DNA from: Chlamydiia bacterium
GTDB taxonomy: Bacteria > Chlamydiota > Chlamydiia > Chlamydiales > SM23-39
Assembly: GCA_016194825.1 (NCBI GenBank)
Contig: JACQAR010000094.1
Location: forward strand, 1-39,269
Reading direction: 5' to 3'
Length of the DNA: 39,269 bases
The first letter of the stretch is position 1. Every line of letters starts with the position of its first letter. Both the position numbers and the translations under genes were made by a program. Positions 28,368 to 36,563 of this stretch are shown here, in pieces. The notes under the pieces are model-generated. The model searched no databases. It saw nothing but the letters and a program-made list of their open reading frames with translations, and was not told the origin of the DNA.

Positions 28368-28375
28368 CAAAGGAT

Positions 28376-29569
28376 ATGCAATGCAGAGTATGTGATCACG
28401 AAGAGTTCGAAGTGGGTGTCGATCTAGGAAAGCAGCCGGTGGGACTCCATTTCTTAAGACAAGAAGATGTGGGCAAAGAGCCCTTTTACCCGCTCCGTGT
28501 TTTGCTTTGTAAAAAATGTGCCACAGCGCAAATCGACTATACGGTCAAAAAAGAAGCGATGTACACGACCAATACCTACCTTTCGGGGATCACTCGCTCT
28601 CTCGCAGATCACTTCGATCGGGTGGCCAAAACCGTGGACGAACGTTTCCACGCCGACAAAAAGCAAAAGTCGGTGTTGGATATTGGCTCGAATGATGGGA
28701 CGCAACTCATTTCGTATCAAAAACTCGGCTATGATGTTTTAGGTGTGGAAGCGGCGCATAATGTAGTGGAAATTGCTGAAAAGAGGGGAGTGCCTACGCG
28801 GTGCGACTTTTTTAATCTAGAAGTAGCGGACAAGATTGGCCGCTCTTTCGATGTGATCAACGCTTCGGGCGTATTTTTCCATTTAGAAGAGCTCCACTCC
28901 GTCACTGAAGCGATCAAAAAATACCTAAAACCCGATGGTGTTTTCGTTGTGCAGTTTCTCTATATGAAAAAAATCATGGAGAATGTCGCGTTTGATCAGA
29001 TTTACCATGAACACCTACTGTATTACACGCTGCGCACGATCGATGTATTATTGAAACGGCATGGCCTGGAGCTATTTGATGCAGAGCTCGCTCCCATTCA
29101 TGGCGGCTCGATCATGGGATATGTGGGTCATATAGGCAAGCGGAGCCCAAGCGAGCGCCTTTTGCAGATGAAGCGAGAAGAAGAGGAATCTGGCTGCAAT
29201 GCGTTGGATGCTTATCGCCGTTTTGCCGAAAAAATCGCGCAATTAAAAGAAAAAAACCTCGCCTACTTGCAGCAAAAAAAAAGAGAAGGGAAGCGGATTT
29301 TTGGCATGGGAGCGCCTGTCAAGGGCAACACACTGCTCAACTATTTTGGCATTGGTAAGCAGTATCTGGATTGTCTTGTGGAAAAAAACGAACTGCGCCG
29401 CCATCTCTTTAGTCCTGGGATGCACTTGCCTGTGCTGATTGAAAAGGAGATCGCTCCTCCCGATGTCTACTACGTGTTGGCGTGGAATTTCAAAAAAGAG
29501 ATCCTACAGAATAACCAACATCTGATCCAAAAAGGGGTCGAATTCTTTTTCCCTATCGAGACAGCATGA
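28376..29569 (+). CDS. NDP-hexose C-methyltransferase (TylCIII-like), copy 2
   Basis: Zinc ribbon CRVCDH...CKKCATAQ, then VLDIGSNDGTQL. It is collinear with 13412-14644 (YHEHLLYYT versus YHEHLCYHS). Confidence 0.7.
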   Translation: MQCRVCDHEEFEVGVDLGKQPVGLHFLRQEDVGKEPFYPLRVLLCKKCATAQIDYTVKKEAMYTTNTYLSGITRSLADHFDRVAKTVDERFHADKKQKSVLDIGSNDGTQLISYQKLGYDVLGVEAAHNVVEIAEKRGVPTRCDFFNLEVADKIGRSFDVINASGVFFHLEELHSVTEAIKKYLKPDGVFVVQFLYMKKIMENVAFDQIYHEHLLYYTLRTIDVLLKRHGLELFDAELAPIHGGSIMGYVGHIGKRSPSERLLQMKREEEESGCNALDAYRRFAEKIAQLKEKNLAYLQQKKREGKRIFGMGAPVKGNTLLNYFGIGKQYLDCLVEKNELRRHLFSPGMHLPVLIEKEIAPPDVYYVLAWNFKKEILQNNQHLIQKGVEFFFPIETA

Positions 29570-30480
29570 AAATGTTAGTCACCGGTGCAAGTGGATTTTT
29601 AGGGAGATTTTTGGTGCCGCACCTCAAAAAAGAGGGGCATGAGGTTGTTGAAGTTTCTTCCAAAAACTGCGATCTGACGCAAGCCGACTCGCTGACCCAA
29701 TTCAATGCTCACCGCTTCGATCAGATCTACCATTTGGCCGCATGGACGCAGGCAGGTGATTTTTGTCTGCGCCATCCAGGAGAGCAGTGGCTCATCAACC
29801 AAAAACTCAACACGCATATGCTCGACTGGTGGCAGAAGCGTCAGCCGCAGGCGAAGATGATTGCCATGGGCACCAGCTGCTCCTACGATCCTCAGCTTCC
29901 TCTAGAAGAAAAAAATTATATGGTAGGAGAGCCGATCGATAGCCTCTTTACCTACGCGATGACCAAGAGAATGCTCTATGCAGGTCTTATGGCTTTACAT
30001 AAGCAATATGGACTGGAATTTCTCTATGTGATTCCTTCTACTTTATATGGCGGCGGCTATCATACCGACGGAAGACAGCTCCACTTCATCTTCGATTTGA
30101 TCCGGAAGATTCTCCGAGGCAAGCTCTACGGCGATGCTGTCGTGCTGTGGGGCGATGGGATGCAAAAAAGAGAGCTCGTGCATGTGCAAGATTTCATCCA
30201 GAACTTACAGCTATTGGCGGAAAGGGAAAAAAATACCTTGATCAACATTGGCGAGGGAAAAGAGCATTCTATCCGAGAGTATGCCCAACTGATCTGCGAA
30301 GAGGTGGGCTATCCATTTGAGAAGGTGCAATTCGATGTGTCCAAATATGTGGGGGCTCGCTCGAAGGTGCTCTCCATTCAGAAGTTGCAGCACATTCTAG
30401 GGCACTACTCGACTGTTCCCTTGAAACAAGGGATCCGAGAGGTCATTGCGTGGTTTCAAGAGCATTCGGAAGTTTTGTAA
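29566..30480 (+). CDS. GDP-L-fucose synthase-family (Fcl/WcaG-like) nucleotide-sugar epimerase/reductase
   Basis: Motifs VTGASGFLGRFL, HLAAW, MGTSCSYDPQLPLEE and YAMTKRM (YxxxK). The layout is typical of Fcl and related GDP-6-deoxyheptose reductases. ATGA overlap. Confidence 0.65.
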   Translation: MKMLVTGASGFLGRFLVPHLKKEGHEVVEVSSKNCDLTQADSLTQFNAHRFDQIYHLAAWTQAGDFCLRHPGEQWLINQKLNTHMLDWWQKRQPQAKMIAMGTSCSYDPQLPLEEKNYMVGEPIDSLFTYAMTKRMLYAGLMALHKQYGLEFLYVIPSTLYGGGYHTDGRQLHFIFDLIRKILRGKLYGDAVVLWGDGMQKRELVHVQDFIQNLQLLAEREKNTLINIGEGKEHSIREYAQLICEEVGYPFEKVQFDVSKYVGARSKVLSIQKLQHILGHYSTVPLKQGIREVIAWFQEHSEVL

Positions 30481-31457
30481 AAAAGTGCCCTTTTTTCTTT
30501 GTGAACCGGATGCGGTGGGAAGAAAAGAGACGCTCTCCTCTGCCTAGCTGGGCCCAAGTCCGCATTGAGGGACCCAATGACGTGGCAAGAACCGTTGCTG
30601 AAATCGAGCGGTGTGGCTTGGGGCAAGCGGCGCAGCTGACCCGATTTTCGATCCAGAAGGGGCGCATCGTTTCTCCGACGATCCAGCAAGCATGGCAACA
30701 CCCTCGCGTTCTTAAGATGCGATTTTTTATCCAGAGACTGTTGCCTTTGCCAGATGTGGAGTTTTTGTTCACGAGTCACGATTTGTACGAAGATCCACAA
30801 TTATTGGCGTGTACCCATGCTCCTGTATTTGCGATTTCTAAAACGTCTCAAAATGCAAAGGTCGTCCTATTCCCTCATGTAGAATGGCTCTTTCATTGGC
30901 AGCGGTTGAAGAGAAAACTCCAACAGCAAGAAATGGCATGGGAACAGAAAAAACCTGTGCTCTTTTGGCGGGGAGCGACGACTGGCTTTACATCAAGGTA
31001 TCCGATTGTTCAGCTCTCTCGAAAATATCCCGAAGAAATCGATGCTCTTTTTTCCTCTTTCCCGCAAATCGATGAGGCCGTCCAGAGACGGCTGATGGAG
31101 GAAAATCTTGTCGGACAGGGGGTTGCTGAAGAGGCTCAAGCGCAATTTCGGTATCTGTTATCGCTCGACGGCAATTGCTTTGGCGGCTCGTTCTTTTGGC
31201 AGTTGGCGAGCGGCTCGGTCGTGTTTAAGCAAGATTCCGATTACCAGGAATGGTACTATCCGGGTCTATCTCCCTATGTCCACTACATTCCTTTTGCTCG
31301 CAATGGCGCGGAAAAAAAAAAAAAAAAGAGGTGGCCCGAAACGCACGAAGAAGAGTGCAAGGGATTGGTGAGGAGCGCGATAAAATTCTCGGAGGAGATT
31401 TTGTCGGTAGAGGCTATGATGGCCTATGCCGACTATCTGTTGCATCAGCTTATATGA
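30450..31457 (+). CDS. GT90 / CAP10-domain glycosyltransferase (eukaryote-type lipopolysaccharide-modifying family)
   Basis: LFWRGATTG...RYLLSLDGNCFGGSFFWQLASGSVVFKQDSDYQEWYYPGLSPYVHYIPF matches the CAP10 core. GTG 30450 has GAGAGG upstream, and ATG 30510 is an alternative start. The gene contains the A16 tract. Confidence 0.6.
   Translation: MVSRAFGSFVKKCPFFFVNRMRWEEKRRSPLPSWAQVRIEGPNDVARTVAEIERCGLGQAAQLTRFSIQKGRIVSPTIQQAWQHPRVLKMRFFIQRLLPLPDVEFLFTSHDLYEDPQLLACTHAPVFAISKTSQNAKVVLFPHVEWLFHWQRLKRKLQQQEMAWEQKKPVLFWRGATTGFTSRYPIVQLSRKYPEEIDALFSSFPQIDEAVQRRLMEENLVGQGVAEEAQAQFRYLLSLDGNCFGGSFFWQLASGSVVFKQDSDYQEWYYPGLSPYVHYIPFARNGAEKKKKKRWPETHEEECKGLVRSAIKFSEEILSVEAMMAYADYLLHQLI
31312..31327 (+). 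repeat. Homopolymeric A16 tract inside the GT90 CDS
   Basis: Counted directly as g-a(16)-gagg. It is read as E-K-K-K-K-K-R. All three forward frames are open across it. Confidence 0.95.
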
Positions 31458-32530
31458 AATATCTGATCCAAAACCGCTTTTCTCTGGCTGTCATGAAGAC
31501 GATGGATGGGTTGTTGCGCTTCTTCACCCGGCATCGGCGGGAATTTCCGATAGAAAAAGCGCCTCAGAAAATTTTGGTTTGCAATACAGGATTTATGGGA
31601 GACGCGGTGATTGCGACAACGGTCCTCCCTGCTCTTAAAAAAAAGTTTCCCGATGCAAAAATTGGCTTTTTAGTGGCGAGCAAGTCGGTCCCAGTAATCA
31701 AAGAGCTTCCCGAGGTGACATGGATCCACTCTTTTGATCATGGGTATGTGAACAAATCGCTCAAACAGCATCTGCAAACAGCTCGGACAGCGCTGCAAGA
31801 GATCCGAGCAGTAGGCTATGATGTCGCAATCAATCTGCAGCCTTATTTTCCGAATGGGATCGGACTGTTATATCGCTCGAAAATCCCTGTGCGGATCGGT
31901 TATGCAACGGGAGGACTGGGCCCTCTATTGACGCACTGCGTTCCTTTTGCCGGAACGGAAAAGTACATCGGGTTTGCGTTTTTGAAACTTCTGCAGCCCC
32001 TGCATATCGCTGCGGAATTCGAATCGCCTTTGCCCTATTATGCATGCAAACAACAGCAAACAGATGCCTTTGTCATCCACATGGGCACCTCTTCAGAGTT
32101 GAAAGAATGGCCATTCGAATCGTGGAAAGAGCTGATCAAACTGCTCGGCGATAGACCGCTCTTTTTCACAGGACAAGGGGAGCGTGAATGGGAGCGAGCA
32201 GACGCCGCTTGTCAATTGGCAAAAAATGGGATAAATTTGTGTAACCGGCTCAACTGGCGTCAATTTGTGGAAACAGTACAACAAGCAAAGTGTCTCATCA
32301 GCGTCGATTCAGCAGCCATCCATGTTGCTGCGGCAGCCAAGGTGCCGACAGTCGCTCTTTTTACAGGTATCGCAGACATGCGCCTATGGCTTCCTCCTCA
32401 CCCTCATTGCAAAGGATTGATTCATAAAGTACTCTGCTCGCCTTGTTTGAATAAACGGGGCTGTGCATTCATGGCTTGCATCCGGCAGATCACGCCCAAA
32501 GAAGTATTAGCTGCGGTAAAAAGTTTATGA
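31454..32530 (+). CDS. GT9-family glycosyltransferase (LPS heptosyltransferase-like), copy 1
   Basis: The start is set at MKYLIQ (ATG 31454), which forms an ATGA overlap with the GT90 stop. Motifs GFMGDAVIATTVLPALKKKFPDAKI and SVDSAAIHVAAAAKVPTVALF (GT9 signature). The track ORF extends upstream to 31250 only because the frame is open. Confidence 0.75.
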   Translation: MKYLIQNRFSLAVMKTMDGLLRFFTRHRREFPIEKAPQKILVCNTGFMGDAVIATTVLPALKKKFPDAKIGFLVASKSVPVIKELPEVTWIHSFDHGYVNKSLKQHLQTARTALQEIRAVGYDVAINLQPYFPNGIGLLYRSKIPVRIGYATGGLGPLLTHCVPFAGTEKYIGFAFLKLLQPLHIAAEFESPLPYYACKQQQTDAFVIHMGTSSELKEWPFESWKELIKLLGDRPLFFTGQGEREWERADAACQLAKNGINLCNRLNWRQFVETVQQAKCLISVDSAAIHVAAAAKVPTVALFTGIADMRLWLPPHPHCKGLIHKVLCSPCLNKRGCAFMACIRQITPKEVLAAVKSL

Positions 32531-34323
32531 GATTTCCCCATATCCGTCACATTCTGCTGGGCAAAGCGAGCAAAAATTTATGGCCCTTTTCTCTCATGGC
32601 GGGACTCAATTTTATTTCCGCGCTCTTTGAGGGGTTGACCTTTGGATTTATCTTACTGGCGATGGGGGAATTGAGTGGAGGACAAAAGGGAGAAACAGGG
32701 GCTTTTTTGACTTGGGTCATGCACTACTTCCAGCTACAGGGAAGCTTTACCCTGTTCATTGTAGCCGGTGTCTGCATGCAAATTTTACGGAGTATGACCG
32801 CCTATGCCGGACAATATACTTCGATGATACTCGGGATTCGGATCCAGAATGAGGCGCAAGAAAAGATCTATTCCCAGATCTTGAAATTCTCTTTTGCCTG
32901 TGTCAATCGGTATAAAAGTGGAGATCTGCTCGAATACGCAAAGATGCCCGCTACCATGACAATGCCTCTGATGAATGCGCTGAACGGACTTGTGGTGTCT
33001 GCGCTGATGATTTTGATCCAACTCTGGATGATGGTCTACTTGTCTGTGCCACTCACTCTTTTAGTGATTGTGACGTTTGGCTCCATTACTTTGACGCAGA
33101 AAGTGGTGATCCGACGTATTTCCAAATACTCTCAGCACCTCCAAGAGCACATCGTCGATTTCAGCAAGCAAACCGTGCAAAGTTTGAATGGACTCAGAGC
33201 CATTCACACATTCTGTCGCCAAGCGGCGGTGATGGAGCGCATCCGGGGGACATTGGGGCGGATTGCAGAGCTGTCCAAGAGAATCATGCTCTGGAGTAAC
33301 ATCATCCCCTCCTTTAATGAAATCACCGGAATTAGTCTGGTCGCCGTATTTTTAGTGGTGGGACAAACGATTCTCTCTTCATCGGCCATTCCACTGCTTT
33401 TGACATTCATCCTCATTTTATATCGGCTGAATACTCGCATTCAGATGTTTCTGGTCAATCTCGGCGCGATTGCAGGCAATTGGGGGCAGGTGCTGCGGTT
33501 AGAAGAAATTCTAGATGAATCGGATAAGCAATTTATCTCCCATGAAGGGGTGCCTTTCCCCGGACTGCAGCATGTCATGGAGTTTCGAGACGTCTCTTTG
33601 AAGTATGAAAATACGAAAGAAGATGCGATCCGTTCCTTGCATGTGACCATTCGGAAAGGACAGACAGTGGCCTTTGTCGGCTCTTCTGGCGCAGGTAAAT
33701 CGAGCTTTTTGGATCTGTTACTGCGGCTCTACGATCCTACAAGTGGCCGCATTACCATCGATGGCATGGATCTGCGCACATTTGAGCTCACTTCTTGGCG
33801 CGATAAGATTGGGATGGTGAGTCAGGACACCTTCATTTTCAACGACACCATCGAAGAGAACATCCGCTTTGGGAAATTGGATGCGAGCAAAAAGGAAATT
33901 GAGCAGGCCGCCGTGTGGGCGCACGCCGACCAATTCATCGAGCGGTTGCCCGATGGCTATCAAACGGTATTGGGAGAGAGAGGATATCGCCTGTCGGGTG
34001 GACAAAGACAGAGGATTGCGTTGGCTCGTGCTTTGGTCCGCAATCCAGAGATTTTGATCCTCGATGAAGCCACGAGTAATCTTGATAGCCAATCGGAACG
34101 GGCCATCCAAAATGCCTTGGCACAGTTCTACGGACAAAAGACTCTGATCATCGTGGCGCATCGTCTCTCTACGATCTTCCACGCAGACCAAATCATTGTT
34201 CTGGAGCGTGGCTCTTTTATTGAAAGCGGAACACACCAAGAGCTATTGGAGACGAAGGGTCGTTATGCCAGCCTTTGGAACATCCAGTCGCAGCATGTAG
34301 ACAATATCTATGCGCGCGAATAA
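32527..34323 (+). CDS. ABC exporter, fused TMD-NBD half-transporter (MsbA-like)
   Basis: The start is set at MRFPHIR (ATG 32527), which forms an ATGA overlap. It has six hydrophobic segments, then Walker A GSSGAGKSS, signature LSGGQRQRIALARAL and Walker B ILILDEATSNLD. Confidence 0.85.
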   Translation: MRFPHIRHILLGKASKNLWPFSLMAGLNFISALFEGLTFGFILLAMGELSGGQKGETGAFLTWVMHYFQLQGSFTLFIVAGVCMQILRSMTAYAGQYTSMILGIRIQNEAQEKIYSQILKFSFACVNRYKSGDLLEYAKMPATMTMPLMNALNGLVVSALMILIQLWMMVYLSVPLTLLVIVTFGSITLTQKVVIRRISKYSQHLQEHIVDFSKQTVQSLNGLRAIHTFCRQAAVMERIRGTLGRIAELSKRIMLWSNIIPSFNEITGISLVAVFLVVGQTILSSSAIPLLLTFILILYRLNTRIQMFLVNLGAIAGNWGQVLRLEEILDESDKQFISHEGVPFPGLQHVMEFRDVSLKYENTKEDAIRSLHVTIRKGQTVAFVGSSGAGKSSFLDLLLRLYDPTSGRITIDGMDLRTFELTSWRDKIGMVSQDTFIFNDTIEENIRFGKLDASKKEIEQAAVWAHADQFIERLPDGYQTVLGERGYRLSGGQRQRIALARALVRNPEILILDEATSNLDSQSERAIQNALAQFYGQKTLIIVAHRLSTIFHADQIIVLERGSFIESGTHQELLETKGRYASLWNIQSQHVDNIYARE

Positions 34324-35437
34324 ATGGCTCCATTTCTTCGATCGGTATGGAGGAATCCCTCTTCTGTGGGCTTTGGGGCTATTGCGAAGGAAAAAAAAAC
34401 TTTCGGCTCCCATTGCGAGCTTCGGACTGCTCAATACCGCCGCTATCGGTGATACCATTCTCATCACCGGTGTGATCGCCGATCTGCAAGAGCAGTTTCC
34501 TGAGGCTAAAATCACGTTTTTTGTCGGCCCTTCCAACGTAGAAGCCGCACAACTCATTGCGGGGATCGAAGTAGTGCAGATCCAGGTGACCAAGTTGTGG
34601 CAGGCAATCCGAATCATCCGGCATCATCGAGTGGATGTGTGGCTTGATTTTGGCCAGTGGCCGAGAATCAATGGGCTCTTTTCTTATTTTGCCAAGGCTC
34701 GTTTCAAAGTGGGTTTTCAGACACCCAACCAGTATCGGCATTACATCTATGACCAAGCCATTCCCCATCGATACTGCCATGAATTGGAGAATTTCCGCAG
34801 CCTCCTGTGCCCTCTGGGGATTGTTGGGTCGCATGCCCCAAAGATTGTATTGCCACAGAGAGAAAAATCAGATGTAAAGCTGGCTTTACATTTGAATCCG
34901 GGTGGATCGCAAGCGCACCTGAAGCGGTGGCCAGAAAGTCATTGGGTCGCTTTGATTGATGCGGTAACCAAACAGGGATTGCAGGTTTTCCTAACAGGAG
35001 GAAAAGGGGATTGGCCCTTGTGCGAACGTGTGAAGAAACAGTGTGCGCAGCCTGAACAGATTGCGATTGTCGCAGGGCAGTTGTCCCTTCGGGAAACCGG
35101 CGAGCTGCTCTTATCTTGTGTTGCTCTGGTCACGGTGGATACGGGGATTATGCATTTGGGGGCGGCAGTTGGGTGTAAGACCTTGGCTTTACATGGTCCG
35201 AGCTCTGCAAAACGTTGGGGAGGGGTTGGATCGCATGTCATTCCGATCACGCCTAAAAAGGGCTATTCCCCCTGCTTGAGTCTTGGTTTTGAAAAGGGGT
35301 GCACGCAAAGTCACTGCATGGAAGCGATTGAGCCAAGCCAGGTGATGCAAGTTCTTTTCGAAGAAATAGAGAAAGAAAAAACCAAAAAAAGGCCATTGTC
35401 GGCAAATAGAGGATGGCTCCATCCGATCCACAGATGA
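34310..35437 (+). CDS. GT9-family glycosyltransferase (heptosyltransferase-like), copy 2
   Basis: Motifs AAIGDTILITGVIADLQEQFPEAKI, LHLNPGGSQAHLKRWP and TVDTGIMHLGAAVGCKTLALHGP. The last ~25 aa extend beyond the point where copy 1 ends, and they overlap the convergent gene. Confidence 0.75.
   Translation: MRANKWLHFFDRYGGIPLLWALGLLRRKKKLSAPIASFGLLNTAAIGDTILITGVIADLQEQFPEAKITFFVGPSNVEAAQLIAGIEVVQIQVTKLWQAIRIIRHHRVDVWLDFGQWPRINGLFSYFAKARFKVGFQTPNQYRHYIYDQAIPHRYCHELENFRSLLCPLGIVGSHAPKIVLPQREKSDVKLALHLNPGGSQAHLKRWPESHWVALIDAVTKQGLQVFLTGGKGDWPLCERVKKQCAQPEQIAIVAGQLSLRETGELLLSCVALVTVDTGIMHLGAAVGCKTLALHGPSSAKRWGGVGSHVIPITPKKGYSPCLSLGFEKGCTQSHCMEAIEPSQVMQVLFEEIEKEKTKKRPLSANRGWLHPIHR
34872..34891. repeat. 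Inverted pair D of the GCTTTACAT word
   Basis: atgtaaagc-tg-gctttacat has perfect 9-nt arms and a 2-nt spacer. It lies inside GT9 copy 2, where it encodes DVKLALHL. Confidence 0.85.
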
Positions 35438-36521
35438 TCAGGTAATTGATGAGTCCTAATAAGAGCGTCTTGTGTGTCGTACTCAAATGCCTGCGACATC
35501 CCTTGATCAACAGGGCCGAGAACATCGCTAGAAAGAAACCAAATACTCCTAACCACCCAAATGATTCAGCCACACCAGCATAGATAACCTCCAAAATGCC
35601 TTCAAAGGGTTTATTCGATAAAAATCCGGTATCGCTAAACATCTGGTCGATGTGCTGTCTTCTGCCTCCGAAGGATGTGTCCACAAAAAATTGAAATGAA
35701 AATCCAAAGAAACGCCCGAAAGCCAATAAAAATAGGGCCACTGCACTCACCGCAATCGCCATTTTCACAATGGCCTTTGCCTTATCCTTCAGAATGAACC
35801 AAGGATAGAGGATTTCATGCAAAAGAAGTCCGATCCAGACCGTGCGTGAGAGGGTCAATAGAAACGAGAGTTTTACAATCCATTGGCAATAGCGCCTTCT
35901 TTCCAAATAGCAATACAGAGACAGCGCCATGATCAAGCAAGCGCCGTAGAGATTCCCATTGTTATAGGTCGAGATCAGTTTAAAGATGCTGCCGCGGGCA
36001 ATACTTTTGTTTTCTAACTCCCCTACATCCCCCATATTCACAGTCAAAAGAGGGATTTGTAAAAATTTCCCCGTATAGAACTTTAGAAAGAACAGAGCGA
36101 TGCCGTAGCTGGCGATAAACAGCATTCCTTTTTTAAACAGATTGAAAAACCATTCTTGGTCGAGCTCTTCAATAGCTCGAGAAAAGAGTCCCAAAAATAC
36201 ATAGGGTAGGAAAAGAAAGCTGATCCAAAAAGAAATGGTCATCCCGAAATTCGAGATACCGTTCATCGCCATCGTATAGAAGGCGATGACTTGAAAGGGA
36301 ATCAAGAAAATCAGGGCCTGCAGGCGCTCTTTGTGGATGTAAAAAGGGCCTGCAAACAGGGTCCCCACCCCGATGCATCCGAGCAAAAGATATCCCCAAG
36401 TCAGCGGGATGCCTGCGAGTTTGATGCCGCCTTTGGGAAAAACCAGCAGAAAGGCAAGGAGCAGAAAGGCGTAGGGTTTCCAGTGAAAGAGCTGAATGCC
36501 AGGGCGGCCAAGGCGCATCAT
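35253..36521 (-). CDS. Polytopic membrane protein of the O-antigen ligase/polymerase (Wzy_C, WaaL-like) family
   Basis: It has roughly 10 or more hydrophobic segments and the block LSFLLTLSRTVWIGLLL, which resembles the conserved SR-containing loop/helix of Wzy_C proteins. It sits next to GT9 and ABC genes. Confidence 0.5.
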   Translation of the reverse strand: MMRLGRPGIQLFHWKPYAFLLLAFLLVFPKGGIKLAGIPLTWGYLLLGCIGVGTLFAGPFYIHKERLQALIFLIPFQVIAFYTMAMNGISNFGMTISFWISFLFLPYVFLGLFSRAIEELDQEWFFNLFKKGMLFIASYGIALFFLKFYTGKFLQIPLLTVNMGDVGELENKSIARGSIFKLISTYNNGNLYGACLIMALSLYCYLERRRYCQWIVKLSFLLTLSRTVWIGLLLHEILYPWFILKDKAKAIVKMAIAVSAVALFLLAFGRFFGFSFQFFVDTSFGGRRQHIDQMFSDTGFLSNKPFEGILEVIYAGVAESFGWLGVFGFFLAMFSALLIKGCRRHLSTTHKTLLLGLINYLIICGSDGAILYLPTMAFFWFFLSLFLRKELASPGLAQSLPCSDFACTPFQNQDSSRGNSPF

Positions 36522-36563
36522 GAACCTATCCCAGAATTCTTAATGATTGATCTTTGTGCGCTT

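Noticed and set aside
31250-31453. Upstream extensions offered by the ORF track (31250 for GT9 copy 1, 32476 for the ABC exporter, 26750 for GT paralog b, 39203 for topA, 18109 for the kinase, 21331 for TK-N, 12756 and 17045)
   Set aside because: The extensions overlap the preceding genes and lack family-like sequence. Internal ATGs give ATGA or short overlaps, and N-termini that match the family or paralog. The shorter starts were therefore used.
36522-36533. 12-nt direct repeat gaacctatccca at 36522-36533 and 39204-39215, bracketing topA
   Set aside because: For a 39-kb window, tens of 12-mer coincidences are expected by chance (about 7.7e8 pairs x 4^-12, or about 46). There is no extension of identity and no associated recombinase.
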